Position numbers and translations under genes: made by a program. A DNA stretch of 64,000 bases from the NCBI GenBank assembly GCA_028289015.1, contig JAQGHC010000015.1:9210-73209 (forward strand), read 5' to 3'. Below are positions 19,096 through 27,029 of the stretch, in pieces. The DNA is from Candidatus Saccharimonadota bacterium. Its GTDB lineage: Bacteria; Patescibacteriota; Saccharimonadia; Saccharimonadales; Saccharimonadaceae. Under the pieces are notes generated by a model. The model had not been told where the DNA came from. It worked only from the letters and a program-made list of their open reading frames with translations, and ran no database searches. How positions within the stretch are numbered: the stretch's first letter is position 1; every line of letters starts with the position of its first letter.

Positions 19096-19446
19096 ATGTC
19101 ATACCAACGAACCACACAGTTCAGTTCTCGTCGTGCCAGCAATTGGAGTCGTAATCAAAATACCACTCGCTTCACCTCGAATGTCAAACTCGGCCCAGTG
19201 ACTCATACGGTGCTAGTCGCCCTTATGATTACCGTGCTCGGCTTGATATACTTAACACAGGCAACTCGTGCAACAAGTTATGATTATCAAGCGCAAGAGA
19301 TTGATACGAAGATCGCAGATCTATCGACACGGCAAGCCGATCTAGAGATTGAAAATGCACGCTTGACTGCACTAGAAAACGTCAAGAACAGTAGTGTCGC
19401 TAAGTCTATGACAAAGCCCGCTTCAACAAATTACGTCAGTGAATAA
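19096..19446 (+). CDS. ftsL: FtsL-like cell division protein
   Basis: Position between rsmH and ftsI; one TM segment followed by a coiled coil ending LEIENARL. Confidence 0.75.
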   Translation: MSYQRTTQFSSRRASNWSRNQNTTRFTSNVKLGPVTHTVLVALMITVLGLIYLTQATRATSYDYQAQEIDTKIADLSTRQADLEIENARLTALENVKNSSVAKSMTKPASTNYVSE

Positions 19447-19449
19447 AAT

Positions 19450-21204
19450 ATGCAATTAGATTTAGCAAAGGGAAGTCGTCCACGTACACTCGCTATTTTG
19501 GTATTAATCATTATGGCCGTGTTCGTTGTGCGGCTTTTTTATTTGCAGATAATACGCAATGACTTTTATATGTCCGCAGCAAAGCAAGAACAGCAGAGGC
19601 AGTTTGTTCTTCCTGCGGCTCGTGGTGAAATCTATGCCATGGATGCTGGTAAGCCAGTAAAAATTGTCATGAACGAAACTGTTTATACAGTATTTGCCGA
19701 CCCGAAAATTATAAAAGAATCTCAACCGGTTATCGACGTCATACAACGAATTGCTGGTGGTAATGCTCGGGCAAACCTAGATAAATTATTAGCTAAAAAA
19801 GAATCTCGCTATCAAATATTAGCGACGAAGGTTTCGTTAAAGCAGGCTGAAATGATCAAGGATGAAAACCTTAGTGGCGTTGGTTTTCAGCGCGAAACCC
19901 AACGTGTGTATCCAGAAGGTCAGCTAGCCGCACAGGCGCTTGGATTTGTCGATTTTGAAAAGAAGGGCCAATACGGTATTGAAGGCGCGCAGAATGAACG
20001 ATTAACGGGCAAGGATGGATTGCTGCAGACGGTTGCGGATGTACGTGATGTCCCACTTACTATTGGAAAGGATAATATCCATACGCCAGCGGATAACGGT
20101 GACAATATCGTTATGACAATTGACCGCAATATCCAATCACATGCTGAAAGTGCGCTTGCTGAAGGAATGAAACGCTCTGGCGCCACGAATGGTAGTGTGA
20201 TGGTAATGGATCCACAAACAGGCAAGGTGTTGGCAATGGCTAACTTGCCGACATATGATCCTTCTAAATACGGTCAGGTGCTAGATGCAGCCGCCTTCAA
20301 TAATGCGACGATCAGTGCGCCGTTTGAGCCTGGGTCTGACATCAAAACCCTGACGCTGGCTATCGGATTAGACAAAGGTGTTGTTGAACCAGATTCGACC
20401 TACAACAATACCGATTTTATTAAAGTTGAAGATCGAACGATTTCTAATGCGACAAAAGGTCAGACTGGCACTATAACGTACCAGCGTGCGTTAAACTATT
20501 CGCTCAATACCGGTTTTGTCACTATTGCGCAAAAACTTGGCAATGGCAGCAGTATTACCCGTGGCGCTCGCGATACGATGTATGATTATTTCCATAATAA
20601 GTTTGGATTAGGCGTATTGACGGACATTGAACTCGCAGGGGAAGCGCAAGGGACGATCGTTCCACCGACCGACCAAGACGGTGGTGCAGTGCGGTATTCC
20701 AATATGTCATTTGGACAAGGTATGGATGTGACTATGGTGCAAGTATGTGCCGCATTCAGTACGATTATTAACGGTGGTACTTACTACTCTCCAACGATTG
20801 TCGAAGGGGTTATGAGTGACGACGGCTCTAAAATCGAGGTAGCGCCAGCGAAAGAGTCAAGGCAGAATGTAATCAGCAGCAGCGCGTCGGACAAAGTACG
20901 GGCGATGATCCACGAGGCTCGGTCGACATTTTATAGTAGCAATGATACAGCGGGGTATTACACTGGTGGCAAAACAGGGACATCGCAGACGCTACGAGAC
21001 GGCAAATATATCGACAGCGAAACCGTGGGAACGTACCTTGGATTTGGCGGTAACGACAGTAGCAGTGGTGGCCCGAAGTATGTCATAATGGTGCAAGTAT
21101 CCGGTAAGAATATGAATCTTACAGGAAGCGTCGACGCATTGCCGATTTTTACTGACATCTCAAACTGGACGCTTGATTATATGAAACTGCAACCGAAAGG
21201 CTAA
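19450..21204 (+). CDS. ftsI: Class B penicillin-binding protein (FtsI/PBP2-like)
   Basis: ARGEIY, RVYPEG, EPGSDIK (SxxK), SLN (SxN), GKTGT. Confidence 0.92.
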   Translation: MQLDLAKGSRPRTLAILVLIIMAVFVVRLFYLQIIRNDFYMSAAKQEQQRQFVLPAARGEIYAMDAGKPVKIVMNETVYTVFADPKIIKESQPVIDVIQRIAGGNARANLDKLLAKKESRYQILATKVSLKQAEMIKDENLSGVGFQRETQRVYPEGQLAAQALGFVDFEKKGQYGIEGAQNERLTGKDGLLQTVADVRDVPLTIGKDNIHTPADNGDNIVMTIDRNIQSHAESALAEGMKRSGATNGSVMVMDPQTGKVLAMANLPTYDPSKYGQVLDAAAFNNATISAPFEPGSDIKTLTLAIGLDKGVVEPDSTYNNTDFIKVEDRTISNATKGQTGTITYQRALNYSLNTGFVTIAQKLGNGSSITRGARDTMYDYFHNKFGLGVLTDIELAGEAQGTIVPPTDQDGGAVRYSNMSFGQGMDVTMVQVCAAFSTIINGGTYYSPTIVEGVMSDDGSKIEVAPAKESRQNVISSSASDKVRAMIHEARSTFYSSNDTAGYYTGGKTGTSQTLRDGKYIDSETVGTYLGFGGNDSSSGGPKYVIMVQVSGKNMNLTGSVDALPIFTDISNWTLDYMKLQPKG

Positions 21205-21206
21205 CT

Positions 21207-22247
21207 ATGGACCAAAATAAATTGCACAATGTGTTTACCCAGGATTTGACCGGAGTATTCATACTCAGTGTTATCGCATTTATCCTGGCAATGATGCTTA
21301 CGCCGCTATATACCTATCTGGCATATCGTTATAAATTCTGGAAAAAACAGCGCATGACAAGTATGACAGGCGAGCAGCTTGAAGTTTTTACAAAGCTTCA
21401 TGCAGACAAGTTTAAACGTAACATCCCAACGATGGCTGGTTTGATCGGGATCATTGCGATCGTCATTATTACGATGACGCTTAATTTAGACCGCGCAGAA
21501 ACATATCTGCCTCTCGCGGCACTAATTGGCGGCGGCTTGGTCGGCTTGCTTGATGACATTATTAATTTAAAAGGGCAAGGTACGGGCGTTGCCGGGCTGC
21601 GTTCTGAATTAAAGTTTACAATGATTTCAGTGCTGGCAGTGGTGTTAGGATTATGGTTCTTTAAGAATATCGGTGTCGATGCGGTGCATTTGCCATTTCT
21701 TGGTGACTGGACATTAGGCTGGCTGATTGTGCCTCTATTTGCATTTGCTGTCGTCGCGACAAGTAACGCGGTAAATATCAGCGATGGTCTTGATGGACTA
21801 GCGGGCGGTTTGCTGACGGTTAGCTTCGGTACGTTCGGAATCATAGCATTATTACAGGGGCAAATTGTCCTTGCTGGATTTTGCTTTACTGTTGTTGGTG
21901 CGCTCCTAAGTTATCTATGGTTTAATATTTATCCCGCACGCTTCTTTATGGGTGACGTCGGTAGTTTTGCTTTCGGAACAAGCTTGGGTGTTGTCGCTAT
22001 GATGACAAACACACTTTTCTTGTTACCGATCATCGGTATTATCTTTGTAATCGAGGCCGGCTCTAGCTTGATACAGATTCTTAGTAAGAAGTTTTTTCAT
22101 CGTAAGATATTTTTGTCTGCACCCGTTCACCATCATTTAGAAGCAACAGGATGGCCAGAGACAAAAGTAACGATGCGTTTTTGGGTGATTGCCTGTGTCG
22201 CCGGATTCTTGGGCGTATTGCTTGCACTTGCCGGAGGGCATATCTAG
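21207..22247 (+). CDS. mraY: Phospho-N-acetylmuramoyl-pentapeptide transferase
   Basis: PTMAG, GLLDD, NAVNISDGLDGLAGG, FFMGDVGS, APVHHHLE. Confidence 0.96.
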   Translation: MDQNKLHNVFTQDLTGVFILSVIAFILAMMLTPLYTYLAYRYKFWKKQRMTSMTGEQLEVFTKLHADKFKRNIPTMAGLIGIIAIVIITMTLNLDRAETYLPLAALIGGGLVGLLDDIINLKGQGTGVAGLRSELKFTMISVLAVVLGLWFFKNIGVDAVHLPFLGDWTLGWLIVPLFAFAVVATSNAVNISDGLDGLAGGLLTVSFGTFGIIALLQGQIVLAGFCFTVVGALLSYLWFNIYPARFFMGDVGSFAFGTSLGVVAMMTNTLFLLPIIGIIFVIEAGSSLIQILSKKFFHRKIFLSAPVHHHLEATGWPETKVTMRFWVIACVAGFLGVLLALAGGHI

Positions 22248-22250
22248 ATC

Positions 22251-23561
22251 ATGCAAAATACCAGGCGTTTGGTGGGGAAAGTCGGTAACAACGTTCGAGC
22301 CGTCGTCGTGCGTCGCCATAGGCCTGATTACCAGATCGTGCTTTATATGGGATTATTGATGCTTTTAGGACTGGTTATTATGTATGCAATTGGCCCGCAG
22401 CGTGCTAATGTCTTGAATAACTCTTACGGCACAGATTTCTATACAAGCACCTACTTTTTTATGAAACAAGGGGTGAGCTTACTGTTCGCCATCGCAGCGT
22501 TCGTCATTATGGCAACGTTGCCGTACAGTTTCATACGGCAGAATGCCTTAAAGATTCTTTTTGTCGGACTAGGCGCATGTCTGCTGTTGTTTGTAGCTGG
22601 TAATATCTTACATATGGATACGATTGCCAAATGCGAACTAGGCGGTACAGCGTGCCGATGGTTTAATCTGGGGCCGTTAGGGAGTATACAGCCGGCTGAA
22701 ATCCTCAAGTTCGGTCTGCTGGTGTACGTGGCTGGTTTTTTGGGTATGCGCATCAAACAGGGTCTTGTAAACGATCGGGATAAAACGCTCATTCCATTAG
22801 GTGCTCTCATTGGACTAGCGACACTCTTCATTATTGTTATTCAGAAAGATATGGGTACTGGTCTTGCGATGTTGGCTATCATGGCAAGCATGCTAATGGT
22901 TGGGGGTGTTAGCAAAAAAGTAGGCGCTATGCTGATAGTAGTCGGCGTCGTTGCAGGACTGTTATTTGTCGTTACTTCACCTCACCGCGTTGAGCGAGTG
23001 ACGACCTTTTTAGCAGGGGATAATTCTATGACCTCCGGCGATGCGGATGCGAATTACCACATTAATCATGCAAAAATTGCAATTGGCAGCGGAGGATTGG
23101 ACGGCGTAGGGATCGGTAATAGCGTTCAGGCGACTGGTTATTTGCCCGAGGCAATTAACGATTCGGTGTTTGCGATCATGGGCGAGACATTCGGCTTTAT
23201 CGGCCTGACAATTATTTTGCTGATATTTACGGCGTTATTATTACGATTATTACGAATTACCGACCATTTACCTGATCTGTGGATGAAGTTAGCTGTTGCC
23301 GGTGTCTTTGGTTGGTTGGCGTCCCATGTTATATTGAATGTAGCAGCGATGATAGGGGTAGTACCATTGACTGGCGTGACATTGCCGTTACTAAGTTTTG
23401 GTGGTACAAGTATGATATTTATCGCCGGAGCATTAGGCTTGGCATTCCAATTATCACGTTACACTATTCATGAATCAACACATAAGGAGACGAATTATGA
23501 AAATATTGGCAGTCGGCGGGGGGTCGGGCGGACACGTTACGCCGGTACTCGCCGTAATTAA
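22251..23561 (+). CDS. ftsW: SEDS peptidoglycan polymerase FtsW
   Basis: RWFNLG..SIQPAEILK, QKDMGT, YLPEAINDSVFAIMGE, PLTGVTLPLLSFGGTS. Confidence 0.95.
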   Translation: MQNTRRLVGKVGNNVRAVVVRRHRPDYQIVLYMGLLMLLGLVIMYAIGPQRANVLNNSYGTDFYTSTYFFMKQGVSLLFAIAAFVIMATLPYSFIRQNALKILFVGLGACLLLFVAGNILHMDTIAKCELGGTACRWFNLGPLGSIQPAEILKFGLLVYVAGFLGMRIKQGLVNDRDKTLIPLGALIGLATLFIIVIQKDMGTGLAMLAIMASMLMVGGVSKKVGAMLIVVGVVAGLLFVVTSPHRVERVTTFLAGDNSMTSGDADANYHINHAKIAIGSGGLDGVGIGNSVQATGYLPEAINDSVFAIMGETFGFIGLTIILLIFTALLLRLLRITDHLPDLWMKLAVAGVFGWLASHVILNVAAMIGVVPLTGVTLPLLSFGGTSMIFIAGALGLAFQLSRYTIHESTHKETNYENIGSRRGVGRTRYAGTRRN

Positions 23562-24639
23562 CGAACTGCATCGGCAGGACTCTGATTTAAAAGTTTGGTT
23601 CGTTTGCGATAAGGCATTCGAATCACAATCTCGAGGTATTATGGCGAGCGCGGACGTACCCGTGGCTGTCTTAACGATAGTTGCCGGAAAGTTCCGCCGC
23701 TATGCTCATTTGACGCGTCTTCAGCATCTTACGAGTCTTCAGATCGTCTCAAAGAATATTATAGACATTTTCAAAATAGCCATTGGTTTTTTTCAATCGA
23801 TAATAGTGCTACTACGCGTACGTCCGGACGTGGTGTTTGCCAAAGGTGGGTATGTTTGTTTACCGCTAGGCGTAGCGGCCAAGTTGCTGGGCTATCCGAT
23901 AGTAATTCATGATTCCGACACGCGCCCAGGCCTGACGAACCGCGTGTTGGCACAATATGCAACTGTTATTGCAACAGGTTCGCCATTGGAAAATTATTCT
24001 TACGACCGTCAAAAAACACATTATATCGGGGTGCCGATCGGAAGCGAGTTTAAGCCTGTCAGTACACGGGATCAGCGTCGCTACAAACAATCACTTGGTT
24101 TCGACCCAGACCTGCCGTTGGTCGTTGCGACTGGTGGTGGTTTGGGTGCGCAAAGTATTAATATGGCGCTAGCTAAAGCTGCCAGAACATTGTCCGGCAA
24201 AGGGGTTGCCATATATCACGTGACCGGTAAAAGCCACTACGAAGTAGTCGCCCCACTGGTTAAGGATATCTCGCAGTATATGGCCGTGCCGTTCGTTTAT
24301 GAAAAGATGAACGAAGTGTTGGGGGCTGCAGATGTCGTGATCTCCCGAGCGAGCGCAACATTCCTTCAGGAGTTAGCGGGCCTCGCAAAGGCGGTCATTG
24401 TGGTACCGGCCAGACAATTGGGTGATCAGTTAAAAAATGCAGATGTATATAAAGCGGCTGATGCGGCGATTGTAATGAGCGACGATGAAATAGGAGCGGC
24501 TACGAATCTTGAAGATGTTATCGTGGGATTAATTGATAACGAAGAGCTGCGAAAAACTATGGGAGATAAACTGCACGCCTTCGCGCGGCCCGATGCTGCA
24601 CCAGACCTCGCAATGCTTATTCTAAAGGCAGCAAAATAA
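23497..24639 (+). CDS. murG: Undecaprenyl-PP-MurNAc-pentapeptide GlcNAc transferase
   Basis: MKILAVGGGSGGHVTP, KGGYVCLP, TGGGLGA, DQLKNA; AAGGAG RBS before ATG 23497. Confidence 0.96.
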   Translation: MKILAVGGGSGGHVTPVLAVINELHRQDSDLKVWFVCDKAFESQSRGIMASADVPVAVLTIVAGKFRRYAHLTRLQHLTSLQIVSKNIIDIFKIAIGFFQSIIVLLRVRPDVVFAKGGYVCLPLGVAAKLLGYPIVIHDSDTRPGLTNRVLAQYATVIATGSPLENYSYDRQKTHYIGVPIGSEFKPVSTRDQRRYKQSLGFDPDLPLVVATGGGLGAQSINMALAKAARTLSGKGVAIYHVTGKSHYEVVAPLVKDISQYMAVPFVYEKMNEVLGAADVVISRASATFLQELAGLAKAVIVVPARQLGDQLKNADVYKAADAAIVMSDDEIGAATNLEDVIVGLIDNEELRKTMGDKLHAFARPDAAPDLAMLILKAAK

Positions 24640-24669
24640 GCATAACTTTGTTACAATAACAGTAGTATT

Positions 24670-25611
24670 ATGTCACTGTTCTCAAAAAAGAAGCCCGATA
24701 TTCCTCGCCGTCGTCAGAGCGGTATTGCAAATGTGCCCGAACGAGCGACAGAAAGCAGCCTAGACGAGCGATATGCTTTTAGGCGTAACCGGACGATCAC
24801 TGGTAGCGCGTCATCCCAGGTTGCTACTACGAATGAGTCAAGCGCCCAGTTAAAGTCAAGTCGTGTGCAAGTACATGAGCTAGCACAGCAACGACGACGT
24901 ATTGGCGGCATGCTTGCATTTGTTGTCGGCGGTATAATTGTGCTTGCGAGTCTAGTGACGCAGTTTACTGCCGAAGAGATCGTCAGAACTTCGGATGTCA
25001 CGCAAAAACTAGATCCTATATACGCTCAAGCAGTTGACTCCTATCTTGCCCGTCAGCCGATCGAACGGTTGCGCTTTTTGTTGCGCGAAGATGCTTTGAA
25101 TGAATATGTGCAGTCTATCGCCCCTGAGGTTGCCACAATTCACATCGACGGTTTTGCTGGTTTGGGTAAATCCCTGTTTATCGTCGAAATGCGACGCCCG
25201 ATTGCCGGTTGGAGCATACGCGGTACGCAGCAATATGTAGACATATCCGGTGTATCGTTTGCAAAAAATCATCACACAAGGCCGCTTGTTCAAATCATCG
25301 ATAACAGTGGTATCCAGGTTGAAGTGGGTCAGGCGGTCGCGAGTAATCAGTTCCTCGGGTTTGTTGGTCGTGTCGTCGGCTTATCGAACGCCCAGCAACA
25401 TACCGTGACGCAAGTAGTTATCCCTCAAGACACGACACGTCAAGTTGAACTGCGCATTAAGGACGTGAGCTATCCGGTCAAATTATCGGTTGATCGTCCG
25501 GCGGGGGAGCAGATAGAAGATATGACAAAATCAATTGCATGGCTAAATAGTCGCGGGGTGGTGCCGCAGTATTTAGACGTACGAGTGAGCGGACGGGCGT
25601 ATTATCGCTAA
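24670..25611 (+). CDS. FtsQ/DivIB-like cell division protein
   Basis: Follows murG; basic N-terminus, one TM segment, C-terminal QYLDVRVSGRAYYR typical of FtsQ/DivIB. Confidence 0.75.
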   Translation: MSLFSKKKPDIPRRRQSGIANVPERATESSLDERYAFRRNRTITGSASSQVATTNESSAQLKSSRVQVHELAQQRRRIGGMLAFVVGGIIVLASLVTQFTAEEIVRTSDVTQKLDPIYAQAVDSYLARQPIERLRFLLREDALNEYVQSIAPEVATIHIDGFAGLGKSLFIVEMRRPIAGWSIRGTQQYVDISGVSFAKNHHTRPLVQIIDNSGIQVEVGQAVASNQFLGFVGRVVGLSNAQQHTVTQVVIPQDTTRQVELRIKDVSYPVKLSVDRPAGEQIEDMTKSIAWLNSRGVVPQYLDVRVSGRAYYR

Positions 25612-26104
25612 GACTTTAAGAGGGGTGTTCTCTCTCCTCTTGTTCTGCTGTTCTATTTTTGTTCTTTTTTATGACAATGATTGTATACATAAGAAAGTAT
25701 ATTAATATATATAAATAGCAAAAAAGCAAATAATTAAGCAACACGGCAAGGTGAGGGGAGGGTAAGTATTTTCAAAGAATACTAGTCGATGAGCTGTAAA
25801 AAACATATGAAAGTATACTAATGCTATAAAAGTCAAATATAGCAAATGTATACTGGTGTGGATAACTGCATGCTTCCGCATATGAGTAGCTGTATGCATT
25901 GGCACTCTCGAGCATAGACAGAATACGTTCAAGGTACCCAGCTGAATGGCAATACAAGTAAGTATACAAAGTGCAGTTTATTGTGAGTGGTATAAACCCG
26001 CACGAGAATACAAAAGACGTATCAGGTCCCTGTTGTAAGAGTATAGGTTATTTTTTACTATCCCATGAAGACGCACACGTAATCATCTTACACAAGTATA
26101 TTTA

Positions 26105-26132
26105 ATGTCGTAAAAGATATATTGTACGACCC
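26105..26132. other. Candidate dif (Xer recombination) site at the replication terminus
   Basis: ATGTCGTAAAA-GATATA-TTGTACGACCC: 11-6-11 layout with inverted arms (GTCGTAAAA/TTGTACGAC), in a gene-free AT-rich gap where gene orientation converges. Confidence 0.6.
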
Positions 26133-26431
26133 ATAATATATATTGCTATTATGTACCCTTTTTATATATACAGTGTGTTTTTTGATCGGTCTTCAAAATG
26201 TGTCTAATGTTAATTTCCCCTCACTTCACTCTTCTTAGTGTCGCGCTATTGTCTCCCTCTAATAAATGCTTATGATCGGTTTATAATTTTACATAGCGTA
26301 AACATTCATTATGGTTTATCGTTTTTGGCCGTATCTATAAATCGTGTTTTAAGTAAAGTTTAAATGTTCTAATTTTGTTCTATTCCATATCGAACTGTTT
26401 TTCAAATTAACGTCGTCTAAAAAGGCGTAAA

Positions 26432-26459
26432 AAAGAGGTGAGCAGTCACTCACCTCTTT
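26432..26459 (-). terminator. Intrinsic terminator
   Basis: AAAGAGGTGAG-cagtca-CTCACCTCTTT with flanking A-run, downstream of the cupredoxin gene. Confidence 0.8.
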
Positions 26460-26475
26460 ATGTAGTATTTTAGTG

Positions 26476-26940
26476 CTAATCGGTAACAATGATCGTGCCT
26501 GTCATTGTTTCGTCAACGTGGTCATGATATCCCCAGGTGCCGGCTTTGGTAATGGTAATTGTACCAGATTCACCAGGGTTCAGCGTGTTCATGTTGAGCT
26601 CTGGTTGTTCCTGATGTTTCGGATGGTCTGCCGAAGAGAACATAACATTCTTGGATGATTTGTTGCTAACGGTAATGGCTGAATTCTTTTTAACCGTTAG
26701 CGTGCTTGGAGTAAATCCGCTGTCTGTGTATGTGATTGTCGCTACAGGCGGAGTCTCCGATGTGGGCTCAGTACCCTCCTTTGCTGGCGATGACGTTTCA
26801 TCAGGTGTTATTAGGTTGGAATCGGTCACTGGTGCTTTGGTCGGCCTCTCTACTGCAGGCTGCGCCATCATGTACGCCCATGCACCTAGTAAAATAATAC
26901 ATATAACGGTAATTATGCCGATAGTAGCTTTTTTGTCCAT
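26476..26940 (-). CDS. Membrane-anchored cupredoxin-domain protein
   Basis: N-terminal TM; GFTPSTLTVKK...V...N; GTWGYHDH...MTGTIIV. Confidence 0.85.
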   Translation of the reverse strand: MDKKATIGIITVICIILLGAWAYMMAQPAVERPTKAPVTDSNLITPDETSSPAKEGTEPTSETPPVATITYTDSGFTPSTLTVKKNSAITVSNKSSKNVMFSSADHPKHQEQPELNMNTLNPGESGTITITKAGTWGYHDHVDETMTGTIIVTD

Positions 26941-27029
26941 AATCAAATTCCTTCATTTATTAGCGTTGTGTCTATAATGTTGTCGTAGGCTGGCATTAGT
27001 AGCTTGGATAGAGTGAGGGTAACGTGAAA

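Noticed and set aside
25702..25969. Two short - strand ORFs in the terminus gap
   Set aside because: Low-complexity AT-rich translations with no RBS or motif.
25612..26470. oriC in the AT-rich gap
   Set aside because: Only one perfect DnaA box was seen, dnaA/dnaN are absent, and flanking genes converge rather than diverge; a terminus fits better.
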